Assembly (NCBI GenBank): GCA_016178725.1
Contig: JACOSV010000084.1
Coordinates: 55,205 to 119,204, forward strand
Origin: Candidatus Eiseniibacteriota bacterium
Lineage (GTDB): Bacteria > Eisenbacteria > RBG-16-71-46
Direction of reading: 5' to 3'
Length of the DNA: 64,000 nucleotides
Below, piece after piece: positions 22,456-32,318 of this stretch (its first letter is position 1; the number at the start of each line of letters is the position of its first letter). The position numbers were made by a program, and so were the translations under genes. Under the pieces are notes generated by a model that searched no databases, was not told the DNA's origin, and saw only the letters and a program-made list of their open reading frames with translations.

Positions 22456-24473
22456 ACGCGACGCGCTTCCAGGTGGGGCAGCGGCTGCGGCACCCGCAAT
22501 TCGGCGAGGGGCTGGTGGTCGAGGTGCACACCGCGCGCGGACGTGAAGTGCTCGAGGTCGTGTTCAACGGCCAGTTGCGCCGGCTCTCGGCGCTACGCGA
22601 TTGGGATCTGGTGGACGGCGCAGCCGCGTCGCCGATCGTTCCGCCCGCGCCGGCCGAGACTCCGGGCGCGGCGCCGACCCCGCGATCGGCGCGCGCGCGC
22701 GGCGACGGAAACGGCGCTGCGGTCGAGGCGCCGAGCCGCGTCTGGCATCCGCAGGGCGACGCGCTGCTGCGGCGCTGGCGCGAGGGCGTCACCGCGCCGG
22801 TCGCGCACTTCGATCTGCGCGCGGCGGCCGAGAAGTGGGCGGGCTGGGCCGAGCCCGACCGGCTGGTCTCGCTCGATTCGCTGCGCGGCGTCGAGCGCTT
22901 CCCGCACCAGCTCCGCGCCTGCCTGCGGGCGATGGGGCCGCTCAACGGGCGGGCGATCCTCGCCGACGAGGTCGGACTCGGCAAGACGATCGAGGCCGGC
23001 ATCGTGCTCAAGGAGTACCTGCTGCGCGGCGCGGTGCGCACCGTGCTGGTGCTCGTGCCCGCCTCGTTGTGCGAACAGTGGCGCGCCGAGCTGTGGGAGA
23101 AGTTCGAGCTCGATTTCGTCGTGTCGCGCGGACCGGCCGGCCAGTGGGGACGCCATCCGCTCGTGATCTCGTCGCTCGAGACCGCGCGCCACGAGCGGCA
23201 CCGCCGCCGCGTGCGCGGCGCCAACTACGATCTCGTCGTGGTGGACGAGGCGCACCGCCTGCGCAATCACCTGACGCTGGGCTGGAAGTTCATCAACGAC
23301 CTCAATCCGCGCTACCTGCTGCTGCTGACGGCGACGCCGGTGCAGAACGACCTGCGCGAGCTCTACAACCTCTCGACCCTGGTGCGGCCGGGGACCGTCG
23401 GGACCTATTCGCAGTTCCGCCGCGACTTCCTGAGCGGCCACGACAAGCGCGCGCCGCGCAACGCGCCCAAGCTGCGCGCGCTCCTTCAGGCGGTGATGAT
23501 CCGCGCGCGACGCAGCGACACGAACATCACCTTCGCGCCGCGCCGCGTCGAGACGCTGTGGGTGGCGCAGACGGCGGCCGAGCGCCGGCTCTATCAGGAC
23601 GTGAGCGACTTCGTCGCCGAGTCGGTGCACGCGGACGAGGGCGCGCCCGGCCGCCGCCACTACTTCACGCTGGTCGTGCTGCAGAAGGAGATGGGCTCGT
23701 CGTGGGCGGCGGCGCGCTCGACGCTCGAGAAGCTGAGCCGCAATCCCGACGGCCTCGACGCGCGCCGGATGAAGGCGCTCGCCGCGCGCGCCGCCGAGGT
23801 CGGCGAGCACCAGAGCAAGGTGCGCTCGCTGCTCAAGCGCATCGCCTCGCTCGGGGGTGAGAAGTGCATCGTCTTCACCCAGTTCCGCTCGACGCAGGAA
23901 TCGATCGTCACGGCGCTGCGCGAGATCGGGATCGAGCCGGCGGTGTTCCACGGCGAGCTCGGCTGGCGCGAGAAGGAGGAGGCGCTCGACACGTTCCGCA
24001 CGGTCGCGCCGGTGCTGGTGAGCACCGAGGCGGGCGGCGAGGGCCGCAACCTCCAGTTCTGTCGCATCGTCATCAACTACGATCTGCCGTGGAATCCGAT
24101 GCGCGTCGAGCAGCGCATCGGTCGCGTGCACCGGCTCGGGCAGGAGCATCCGGTGCGCGTCATCAACCTGGTCGCGCGCGGCACGATCGAGGCCTACGTG
24201 CTCGAGATCCTCGACCGCAAGATCCGCATGTTCGAGCTCGTGGTCGGCGAGATCGAGGAGATCCTCGGCGCATGGCAGCCGCATGGCTCGTTCGAGGACG
24301 AGGTGTTCCGGCGCTGGACCGAATCGTCGAATCCGCGCGTGCGCAAGCGCCGCTTCGCCGAGCTCGCGCAGCATCTCGTGTTCGCGCGCCGCCGTTATCA
24401 GGAGCAGAAGGACCGCCAGAATCTGCTGTTCCCGACGGTCGGCGCCGCGGGCGCCGAGAAGGAGGGCGCATGA
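22446..24473 (+). CDS. SNF2/Swi2 family ATPase-helicase with an N-terminal UvrD/PcrA C-terminal-like tudor domain (HPQFGEGLVVEV)
   Basis: GTG start overlapping the previous gene by 10 nt. Walker A DEVGLGKT. DEAH box VVDEAHRLRN. Helicase C motifs (...QRIGRVHRLGQ). Confidence 0.8.
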   Translation: MELNATRFQVGQRLRHPQFGEGLVVEVHTARGREVLEVVFNGQLRRLSALRDWDLVDGAAASPIVPPAPAETPGAAPTPRSARARGDGNGAAVEAPSRVWHPQGDALLRRWREGVTAPVAHFDLRAAAEKWAGWAEPDRLVSLDSLRGVERFPHQLRACLRAMGPLNGRAILADEVGLGKTIEAGIVLKEYLLRGAVRTVLVLVPASLCEQWRAELWEKFELDFVVSRGPAGQWGRHPLVISSLETARHERHRRRVRGANYDLVVVDEAHRLRNHLTLGWKFINDLNPRYLLLLTATPVQNDLRELYNLSTLVRPGTVGTYSQFRRDFLSGHDKRAPRNAPKLRALLQAVMIRARRSDTNITFAPRRVETLWVAQTAAERRLYQDVSDFVAESVHADEGAPGRRHYFTLVVLQKEMGSSWAAARSTLEKLSRNPDGLDARRMKALAARAAEVGEHQSKVRSLLKRIASLGGEKCIVFTQFRSTQESIVTALREIGIEPAVFHGELGWREKEEALDTFRTVAPVLVSTEAGGEGRNLQFCRIVINYDLPWNPMRVEQRIGRVHRLGQEHPVRVINLVARGTIEAYVLEILDRKIRMFELVVGEIEEILGAWQPHGSFEDEVFRRWTESSNPRVRKRRFAELAQHLVFARRRYQEQKDRQNLLFPTVGAAGAEKEGA

Positions 24474-25735
24474 GCCTCGCGGACGATCCCGATCGCGCGC
24501 CGGATTCCGGCGCGACGGTGATGGAGCGGCGCGCTCCGGCGGGCCTAGGCGGGGGCGCGGGCAACGGCGCGGGTGCCGTCCCGTCACGCACGGGCAAGCG
24601 CCGCGCGGCGCGGCGCGGGTCGCGGCGCCCGGCGCGCAAGGCGCGTCCCTTCGCCGCATCCGCGCATGCGACCGGCATCCCGGCGGGCGAAGCGCTGCCC
24701 GACTCGGCGCCGTGGCGCGACTTCATCGGCCGCTGGCTCACCGCCGCGGGCTGCGCGGTGAGCAACGCGGCGCGCGGCGACTGGGAGGTCGCGCTCGCGC
24801 CCGCGCTCCAGAAGCGCTGGCGGCGCCAGCGCGTGCGCCTCGTTTTCGATCCCGCGCGTCCGACGCTGCCGCGGGGCGCGTGGTTCACGGCGCCCGGGAG
24901 CGGCGGCGGTCGCAAGATCCTCGAGGCCGCGGCCGAGGAGCCGCTCGTCGCGCGCCGCACGGCGCTGGTCCAGGTGCCGGGCGCTCCGGCGGACGGGATC
25001 GCGTCGGTGTGCCGCGTGCGGGGGCTCGCGTGGGGACCGCCGCGCCTCGGACCGGTGCGCTACGAACGGCGCGTCGCGTTCCACTGCGTCGTGACGCTGT
25101 GGGGCGGACTGCCCGCACAGGAATCGTGGGTGCTGCTGGTCGGCCCCGACGGCGAGCGCCTCGAGTGGGAACGCGGCGACGAGCTGCCCGGCGTCCGGTC
25201 GCGCGAGGGACTCTATCAGATCAGCGATCCGCTCGCGCCCGAAGCGTGCGACCGGCTCGCCACGCGCGCACGCGAACATCTCGACGGCGTGCTCGCCGAG
25301 CGCGAGCAGGAATGGGAGCACTCGGTCGGACGCCTGCGGGAGGACGAGCTTTCGCGGCTCGCCCACTTCTTCTCGGCGCGCATCGAGGAGGAGGAGGAAC
25401 GCTCGCGCCGGCGCACGACCGGCGGCGAGGAGTCCGAAATGGAGGGGGGCGACGCGACGTCGCTCAAGCTCGAGTGGGAACGCCGCGCCGCCGAGGTCCG
25501 GCATCGCTGGGCGCTGCGGACCGAGGTGCGTCTGTGGGGTCTCGAGGAGTGGTCGTGGCCGATCGCCGACATCGAGCAGGAACTTCGGGCAGGCGCCGTG
25601 CGTCTCAAGCTCGAGAGCCGGGTGGACGTGGCGCGCGGGCGGCCCGCGCTGCCCGCCTGTCCGGGATGCGGCAGCCCGGCCGAGATGCTGGTGCGGGCGC
25701 GAGGGGCGGTCGCATGCGTCCGGTGCGCGCCTTGA
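24470..25735 (+). CDS. hypothetical protein with C-terminal CxxC...CxxC zinc ribbon; co-operonic with the SNF2 helicase
   Basis: ATGA overlap. C-terminus CPGCGSPAEMLVRARGAVACVRC. No recognisable catalytic motif. Confidence 0.5.
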   Translation: MSLADDPDRAPDSGATVMERRAPAGLGGGAGNGAGAVPSRTGKRRAARRGSRRPARKARPFAASAHATGIPAGEALPDSAPWRDFIGRWLTAAGCAVSNAARGDWEVALAPALQKRWRRQRVRLVFDPARPTLPRGAWFTAPGSGGGRKILEAAAEEPLVARRTALVQVPGAPADGIASVCRVRGLAWGPPRLGPVRYERRVAFHCVVTLWGGLPAQESWVLLVGPDGERLEWERGDELPGVRSREGLYQISDPLAPEACDRLATRAREHLDGVLAEREQEWEHSVGRLREDELSRLAHFFSARIEEEEERSRRRTTGGEESEMEGGDATSLKLEWERRAAEVRHRWALRTEVRLWGLEEWSWPIADIEQELRAGAVRLKLESRVDVARGRPALPACPGCGSPAEMLVRARGAVACVRCAP

Positions 25736-25828
25736 CGGAGCGGGTTCGAGCGGCTAAGGTCCCTCGTCCGCCGTCGCCCGGGTGTCCCGCACGGCACTCG
25801 AGCCGAACGCTTTAACTGGAGGAATGCC

Positions 25829-26509
25829 TTGCCGTTAACAACGCAGCACTCGACCCGCATCGAGCAGCCCGGCGCCGAGATCATGGTCCCGCTCCAGCGC
25901 TTCTGGGAGCGCCAGGGCAAGATCGCGATCGGCGTCCTCGGCGTGGTCGCGGTGCTGATCGCCGCCGGCATCATGATCCTCCGCCAGCAGGCGAAGGCCG
26001 AGGAGGCCGCCGCCGGCAAGCTCGCCGAGGCCAGCCTCTTCTACTGGCAGGGCGACTTCCAGCGTTCGCTCCAGGTGGCGCGCGAGACGGCGCAGCAGTA
26101 CGGCTCGACGCCGAGCGGCATCGACGCGCACCGGCAGGCCGGGGACGCCGCGTTCTTCACCGGCGACTTCAAGACCGCGATCGCCGAGTACCGGCGCTAC
26201 CTCGACCGCAACAAGCAGGGGATGCTGGCCGACGCCGCCGGCCGCAGCCTCGCCTACGCGCTCGAGAGCGCGCACGAGTTCGCCGACGCCGAGAAGCAGT
26301 ACCTCGCGCTGGTCGGACACTTCGACCGCAGCAGCTCGGCCGAGTTCCTGCTCGCGGCGGCGCGCTGCGAGCGCGGCCAGAATCAGCCCGCCCGTGCGAT
26401 CCCGCATCTGCAGCGGCTGATCGACGAGTTCGGCGACACCGACTACGCGCAGCCGGCGCGCATCCAGCTCGCCGAGCTGCAGGCTGCGGGAACCGGCGCC
26501 GCGCACTAG
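25829..26509 (+). CDS. membrane-anchored TPR-like protein (YfgM-like)
   Basis: GGAGGA RBS then TTG. One TM helix (IAIGVLGVVAVLIAAGIMIL) followed by a helical repeat domain. The alternative start ATG 25883 is possible. Confidence 0.5.
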   Translation: MPLTTQHSTRIEQPGAEIMVPLQRFWERQGKIAIGVLGVVAVLIAAGIMILRQQAKAEEAAAGKLAEASLFYWQGDFQRSLQVARETAQQYGSTPSGIDAHRQAGDAAFFTGDFKTAIAEYRRYLDRNKQGMLADAAGRSLAYALESAHEFADAEKQYLALVGHFDRSSSAEFLLAAARCERGQNQPARAIPHLQRLIDEFGDTDYAQPARIQLAELQAAGTGAAH

Positions 26510-26530
26510 CCGCCGCGAGGGGAGGAGCCG

Positions 26531-28675
26531 ATGAGCGAGCCGCTCGCTCCGGTCGATCTCGTCCTCCTCTGGCATCACCATCAGCCCGACTACCGCGATC
26601 CCGCGGACGGGCGATCGGTCCTGCCGTGGACCCGGCTCCACGCGACCAAGGACTACCTCGACATGGCGTGGCACGTCGCCCGCCATCCGGGGCTCCGCGT
26701 CACGTTCAATCTCGTGCCGTCGCTGATCGACCAGCTCGAGGCGGTCGCGGCCGGCGCGCCCGATCGCCTGTTCGATCTCATCGCGCGTCCCGTGGCGTCG
26801 CTCGCCGCGGACGAGCGCGCGACGATCGCGAGGCGCTGCGCGCAGGCGCCGCCGCACGCGTTCGACCGCTGGCCGTCGTACCGGCGCCTGCGCGATCGCG
26901 CGGCGAAGGGCGCGCCGACCGACGCGGAGCTGCGGGCACTCGAGGTGTGGTTCCTGCTCGCCTGGATCGATCCCGTGTGGCTCAACCGCCCCGAGGGGGT
27001 CGTGGCGCTCGCGGCCGTCCGCGCGGCCGGGGACGGCGATCCGGCGTGGACCGATGACCACCGCGACGGATTGCTCGCGCTGCACCGCCGGCTGGTGGCC
27101 GAGGTGTTGCCCGCCTATCGTGCGCTCGCCGAATCGGGAAGGGTCGAGATCGCGACCTCGCCCTACGATCATCCGATTCTGCCGCTCCTCGTCGACAACG
27201 CGATCGCGCGCCGCGCGCGGCCCGACCTCGCGCTCCCCGCACAGCGCTTCGCGGCGCCCGAGGACGCGCAATGGCAGGTGACGCTCGCGCTCGATCGCCA
27301 CGCGTCGGCGTTCGGCCGCCGGCCGGCCGGCATGTGGCCCTCCGAAGGCAGCGTGAGTCCCGAAGTCGTCGCGATCGCCGCCGCCTGCGGCGTGCGTTGG
27401 ATCGCGAGCGACGAGGGCGTGCTGTGGGCGTCGCTGCCCGAAGCGGAGCGAAGGCGCGCGGCGCTCTATCGCCCGTGGCGCGCCGGAGCGGAGGGCGCCG
27501 AGGCGACGATCTTCTTCCGCGACCACGAGCTCTCGGATCGGATCGGCTTCGTCTACGCGCGCTGGGACCCGCGCGACGCGGCGGCGGACTTCGTCGCACG
27601 CGTGCGCGCGATCGGGCGCGAGCACGCCGGTGCGCATCCGCCCGTCGTCACGGTGATCCTGGACGGCGAGAACTGCTGGGAGCAGTACGCCGACGACGGC
27701 GGTCCGTTCCTCACCGCGCTCTACGACGCGCTCGCCGCGGCGCCGGACATCCGGACCCGAACGCCGTCGCAGGTGCTGGACGAGCAGCCCGCCCTGGGGC
27801 GCCTCGAGGATCTCCACTCGGGATCGTGGATCGACGCCGACTTCCACATCTGGATCGGCCATCCGGAGAAGAACCGCGCGTGGGACCTGCTCGCGCGCAC
27901 ACGGCGCGCGCTGCTCGAGTCGGGCGCGACGCACGAGCGCGCGCCCGACGCATGGGCGGCGCTCCGCCGCGCCGAGGGCTCGGACTGGTTCTGGTGGCTG
28001 GGCGACGATCATCCGAGCGATGACCGCGCGGTCTTCGACCGCCTGTTTCGCGATCTGTTGCGCGCGGCGCACGCGCGCGCCGGCCTCGAGCCGCCGGTCG
28101 CGCTCGACCTCGCGATCGCGCGCGGCGACGCCGCGGGCCCGGCGCATCAGACGCCGATCGGACTCATCCATCCGCGCCTCGACGGTCGCTCGAGCGGCTT
28201 CTACGAGTGGTATGCGGCGGGCCGCTACGCGTTCGCGGCGGGAGGGGGCGCCATGCACCGCGAGGCCGGCGCGCTGCGTTCGCTCCACTACGGTTTCGAT
28301 CTCGAGCGCCTCTGCCTGCGGCTCGACTTCGTGGCCGACGCGCCGCCCGGCGCGTCGGTGGATCTGTCGCTCGAGATCGCCGAGCCGCGCGCCGCGCGCA
28401 TCGTCGTGCGCGGGCTCGTCGCGGGCGAGCGCGCCGTGACGTGGGCGGAGGGGGCGCGGGCGGGCGAAGCCGTGACGGGCGCCGCGTGCCGCATCGCCGA
28501 CGTGCTCGAGATCGCCGTTCCGTTCGCGACGCTCGGTCTCGCGTCGCGCGAGGTCGTGCGCATGCTGGTGCGGATCGCGCGGGAGGGACGGATCGTGGAG
28601 ATCTATCCGGGCGACGACGGCCTCGCGTTCACCGTGCCCGGCGCGGACTTCGACGCCACGATGTGGAGCGCGTGA
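26531..28675 (+). CDS. glycoside hydrolase family 57 (alpha-glucan branching/amylo-type enzyme)
   Basis: N-terminal LLWHHHQP motif and overall GH57 architecture. Confidence 0.8.
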   Translation: MSEPLAPVDLVLLWHHHQPDYRDPADGRSVLPWTRLHATKDYLDMAWHVARHPGLRVTFNLVPSLIDQLEAVAAGAPDRLFDLIARPVASLAADERATIARRCAQAPPHAFDRWPSYRRLRDRAAKGAPTDAELRALEVWFLLAWIDPVWLNRPEGVVALAAVRAAGDGDPAWTDDHRDGLLALHRRLVAEVLPAYRALAESGRVEIATSPYDHPILPLLVDNAIARRARPDLALPAQRFAAPEDAQWQVTLALDRHASAFGRRPAGMWPSEGSVSPEVVAIAAACGVRWIASDEGVLWASLPEAERRRAALYRPWRAGAEGAEATIFFRDHELSDRIGFVYARWDPRDAAADFVARVRAIGREHAGAHPPVVTVILDGENCWEQYADDGGPFLTALYDALAAAPDIRTRTPSQVLDEQPALGRLEDLHSGSWIDADFHIWIGHPEKNRAWDLLARTRRALLESGATHERAPDAWAALRRAEGSDWFWWLGDDHPSDDRAVFDRLFRDLLRAAHARAGLEPPVALDLAIARGDAAGPAHQTPIGLIHPRLDGRSSGFYEWYAAGRYAFAAGGGAMHREAGALRSLHYGFDLERLCLRLDFVADAPPGASVDLSLEIAEPRAARIVVRGLVAGERAVTWAEGARAGEAVTGAACRIADVLEIAVPFATLGLASREVVRMLVRIAREGRIVEIYPGDDGLAFTVPGADFDATMWSA

Positions 28676-28711
28676 CGGCGCCGTCCCCGCGGCGCGCCCG
28701 AGCGCGCGGTG

Positions 28712-29620
28712 TCAGATCGCGAGGTCGAGCTGCTCCGGCTCGGCCTCGGGGTCGATCAGCGGCGCCGCGATCATTCGCGCCGGGTGCGCGCGCTTGAGCT
28801 CCGCGAGCCGCGCCATGATCGCGTCGCGATCCGCCCCGGGCAGGTAGGCCCGGTCCGAGTAGAGCGTGCGGTAGCGATCGAGTTCATCGGGCCAGTCGCG
28901 CGCGAGATGCGCGAGGAAGTGCTCACGCGTTCCCGGGCGCAGGTGGAGGAGCTCGGTCCAGATGGAGACCGCACCCGCCGCGCGCGCGGCACGCACGACG
29001 GCCGCCATGGATTCCGGCGCGTCGGAGATCCCCGGCAGGATCGGCGCCATCGCGACGCCGGCACGGATCCCGCCCTGGCGCAGGACGCGTAGTGCGCGCA
29101 GGCGCTGGACCGGCGGCGCGGTCGCGGGTTCGGTCGTGCGCCACACGTCGCGGTCGAGCGTCGGAACGGAGAACGAGACGGAGACCTCGACGCGGCGCGC
29201 GGCTTCCTGCAGCACGTCGAGGTCACGGACCACCAGCGGCCCGCGCGTGATGATGCTGAACGGCGTCCGGTGGGCGGCGAGCGTTCGGATCACGGCGCGC
29301 GTCAGCTGGAAGCGACCCTCGGCCGGCTGGTAGGGGTCGGTCGCGGCGCCGATCACCACGTGTTCGCGGTTCCAGCCCGGACGCTCGAGCTCGCGGGCGA
29401 GCACCCCGGCGATGTTGATCTTGACCCGGACGGACGACCCGTAGCGGTCGTCGGACGGACGATCGGCGCGGTGCTCGAAGGCGCGCACGTAGCAGAACGT
29501 GCAGCGGTGCGCGCAGCCCATGTACGGGTTGATCGACCAGTCGAACATCATCCCGCGAACCCGATTGAGCGCCGTGCGGCAGGGCTCGATGCGATAGCTC
29601 GTGCGCATGGGAGCCACCAT
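28712..29620 (-). CDS. radical SAM protein, SplB/DNA-photolyase-like (Rv2578c family)
   Basis: CAHRCTFCYV CxxxCxxC cluster near the N-terminus. Confidence 0.8.
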   Translation of the reverse strand: MVAPMRTSYRIEPCRTALNRVRGMMFDWSINPYMGCAHRCTFCYVRAFEHRADRPSDDRYGSSVRVKINIAGVLARELERPGWNREHVVIGAATDPYQPAEGRFQLTRAVIRTLAAHRTPFSIITRGPLVVRDLDVLQEAARRVEVSVSFSVPTLDRDVWRTTEPATAPPVQRLRALRVLRQGGIRAGVAMAPILPGISDAPESMAAVVRAARAAGAVSIWTELLHLRPGTREHFLAHLARDWPDELDRYRTLYSDRAYLPGADRDAIMARLAELKRAHPARMIAAPLIDPEAEPEQLDLAI

Positions 29621-29699
29621 AGCGGGATGGGTCGCTATGGCACAAGTGTGCAGTTCAGGCGTTTGCGCCGGGTGCGGCTTCCACGAGATGGGCGTGTCG

Positions 29700-29715
29700 C
29701 ATAATCAGTATTATG
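29700..29715. promoter_or_regulatory. AT-rich perfect inverted repeat CATAAT-cagt-ATTATG (candidate operator/-10 region) in the leuS / radical-SAM intergenic region
   Basis: Unusual AT island in a ~70% GC genome. A second palindrome GCACaagtGTGC lies at 29640-29651. Confidence 0.3.
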
Positions 29716-29802
29716 TAAACCTAAAGACGTGGAACGCCGCGGCCCGCGGGACATCTCGCGATGTGGAGTCTCGGGTTTCTCCCCCGGACCGACGCGCCCG
29801 GA

Positions 29803-32262
29803 TCAGCGCCCCGCCACCACCAGATTGAGGAGCTTGTCCGGGACGAAGATGGTCTTCCGGACCTCGGCCCCGTCGAGGTGCCGGAGCACGCGCTCGTCGG
29901 CCATGGCCGCCGTCCGGGCGGCCTCCTGATCGGTCCCGCGCGGCAGCGACAGCGTCGCCCGGAGCTTGCCGTTGACCTGGACCGCCAGGGTCACGGTCTC
30001 GTCCTCGACCCAGGCCGGATCCCAGGCCGGCCACGGCTCGTAGGCCAGCGTGTCCCGGTGGCCGAGGCGATTCCACAGCTCTTCCCCGATGTGCGGCGCG
30101 AACGGCGCGAGGAGCAGCACGAACGGCTCGATCATCGCCCGCGGCCGGCGCTCGAGCGGCGTCATCTCGTTCACGAACACCATGAGCTGGGCGATCGCGG
30201 TGTTGAACCGCAGCGCTTCGAGGTCCTCGGTGACCTTGCGGATCGTCCGGTGCAGCAGCCGTGCCTGCCCGTCCGTCGGCGGCTCGGACGTGAGCGCACG
30301 GCTCGCGGCGCCGTCCTCGTCGATCGCCATCCGCCACACGCGGTCGAGGAAACGCGTGCAGCCCTCGACCCCGTGCGTGCTCCACGGCTTCATCGCTTCG
30401 AGCGGCCCCATGAACATCTCGTAGAGCCGCACCGCGTCGGCGCCGAAGCGGTCCATCGTGTCGTCGGGGTTCACGATGTTGCCGACCGACTTCGACATCT
30501 TCTGCCCGTCCTCGCCCAGCACCGTGCCCTGATGGATCAGCTTCATGAACGGCTCGGGCGTGTGGACGACGCCGATGTCGAACAGCACCTTGTGCCAGAA
30601 GCGCGCGTAGAGCAGGTGCAGCACGCTATGCTCGGCGCCGCCCATGTAGAGGTCGACCGGCATCCAGTAGCGCTCCTTCTCCGCCGCGACCGGCTGGTCG
30701 GGATTCGCGGGATCGAGGAAGCGCAGGTAGTACCAGCACGAGCCCGCCCACTGCGGCATCGTGTTGGTCTCGCGGCGCGCTGGCCTTCCCGTCGCGGGAT
30801 CCGTGGTCTCGACCCAGTCGGTCAGCCGCGCGAGCGGGCTTTCGGGCTTCTCGCCCGTCGCCATCGGCTTGAACTGATCGGTCTCGGGCAGCCGCACCGG
30901 CAGCATCTGCTCGGGGATCGCGCGCGCGTCGCCCTCGACCCACACGATCGGGAGCGGCTCGCCCCAGTAGCGCTGCCGCGAGAACAGCCAGTCGCGCAGC
31001 TTGTAGTGAACGGTGCGCCGGCCATGGCCCTGCTGCTCGAGCCACACCGTGATCTTCTCGATCGCCGGCCCGGCCTCGAGCCCGTCGATCGAGAACCGGC
31101 CGTCGGGCGTGGTCGAATGCACCGCGACGCCGCGATCGGGATCCACGTAGGCCTCGCGCGCGATGTCCCCTCCCGCCACGACCTCGCGGATCGGCAGGTC
31201 GAAGGCGCGCGCGAATTCCCAGTCGCGCTGGTCGTGCCCCGGCACGGCCATGATCGCGCCGGTGCCGTAGCCCATCAGCACGTAGTCGGCGATCCACACC
31301 GGCAGCCGCTCGCCGTTCACGGGATTGATGACGTGTCCGCCGGTGAATACGCCGGTCTTCTCGCGCGTCGCGTCCTGACGCTGCATGTCGCTCTTCCGCG
31401 CCGTCGCCTCGCGATACGCCTCGACCGCGGCGCGCTGTGCGGGCGCGGTGAGCGCGTCGGCGAGCGGATGCTCGGGTGCCAACACCATGTAGGTGGCGCC
31501 GAACAGTGTGTCCGGGCGCGTGGTGAAGATGCGCAGCGCCCCCGGCGCGCCGTCGAGCGCGAAGTCCACCTCGGCGCCGATCGAGCGGCCGATCCAGTTC
31601 CTCTGCATCTCGCGCGTGCTGGCCGGCCAGTCCACGAGCTCGAGGTCGTCGAGCAGCCGGTCGGCGTACGCCGTGATCTTGAGCACCCACTGGCGCATCG
31701 GCCGGCGGACGACGTCGAAGCCGCCGATCTCGCTCTTTCCGTCGATGATCTCCTCGTTCGCGAGCACGGTGCCGAGCGCCGGGCACCAGTTGACCGGCAC
31801 CTCGGCGACGTACGCGAGCCCGCGCTCGAACAGCTTGAGGAAGATCCACTGCGTCCAGCGGTAGTAGTCCGGAGCGGTGGTATTGATCTCGCGCGACCAG
31901 TCGTACGAGAGGCCGGCGCGCTTCATCTGGCGGCGGAACGTGGCGATGTTCTCGGCCGTCGTCACCGCCGGATGGATGCCGGTCTTGACCGCGTACTGCT
32001 CGGCGGGCAGGCCGAATGCGTCCCAGCCCATCGGGTGCAGGACGTTGAACCCGCGCATGCGCTTGAAGCGCGAGAGGATGTCGGTCGCGGTGTAGTTCTC
32101 GAGGTGGCCGACGTGGAGTCCCGCGCCCGAGGGGTACGGGAACATGTCGAGGCAGTAGAACTTGGGCCGCGACGAGTCCTCGCGCGCACGGAAGGTTTCG
32201 TGCGCCTCCCAGTACGCCTGCCAGCGCTTCTCGACGTCGGAGAATGGATAACGATGGGCCAT
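29803..32262 (-). CDS. leuS: leucine--tRNA ligase
   Basis: MAHRYPF...[16 protein letters not shown] (HIGH) ... KMSKSVGN. Lies within a 1585-aa frame-fused ORF; the real start is at MAHRY. Confidence 0.95.
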   Translation of the reverse strand: MAHRYPFSDVEKRWQAYWEAHETFRAREDSSRPKFYCLDMFPYPSGAGLHVGHLENYTATDILSRFKRMRGFNVLHPMGWDAFGLPAEQYAVKTGIHPAVTTAENIATFRRQMKRAGLSYDWSREINTTAPDYYRWTQWIFLKLFERGLAYVAEVPVNWCPALGTVLANEEIIDGKSEIGGFDVVRRPMRQWVLKITAYADRLLDDLELVDWPASTREMQRNWIGRSIGAEVDFALDGAPGALRIFTTRPDTLFGATYMVLAPEHPLADALTAPAQRAAVEAYREATARKSDMQRQDATREKTGVFTGGHVINPVNGERLPVWIADYVLMGYGTGAIMAVPGHDQRDWEFARAFDLPIREVVAGGDIAREAYVDPDRGVAVHSTTPDGRFSIDGLEAGPAIEKITVWLEQQGHGRRTVHYKLRDWLFSRQRYWGEPLPIVWVEGDARAIPEQMLPVRLPETDQFKPMATGEKPESPLARLTDWVETTDPATGRPARRETNTMPQWAGSCWYYLRFLDPANPDQPVAAEKERYWMPVDLYMGGAEHSVLHLLYARFWHKVLFDIGVVHTPEPFMKLIHQGTVLGEDGQKMSKSVGNIVNPDDTMDRFGADAVRLYEMFMGPLEAMKPWSTHGVEGCTRFLDRVWRMAIDEDGAASRALTSEPPTDGQARLLHRTIRKVTEDLEALRFNTAIAQLMVFVNEMTPLERRPRAMIEPFVLLLAPFAPHIGEELWNRLGHRDTLAYEPWPAWDPAWVEDETVTLAVQVNGKLRATLSLPRGTDQEAARTAAMADERVLRHLDGAEVRKTIFVPDKLLNLVVAGR

Positions 32263-32318
32263 GGGCGGGTCTCGTGCGTGTGGATGCGGGACCGGCGCAG
32301 GATAGCGGCTCGCGGCGA

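Noticed and set aside
29638-29652. Sigma54 promoter TGGCAC-N5-TGCA in the leuS / radical-SAM intergenic region
   Set aside because: GG-to-GC spacing is 9 nt instead of the strict 10 nt. It also points into the antisense of leuS rather than toward either neighbouring gene. It is kept only as part of the palindrome observation.
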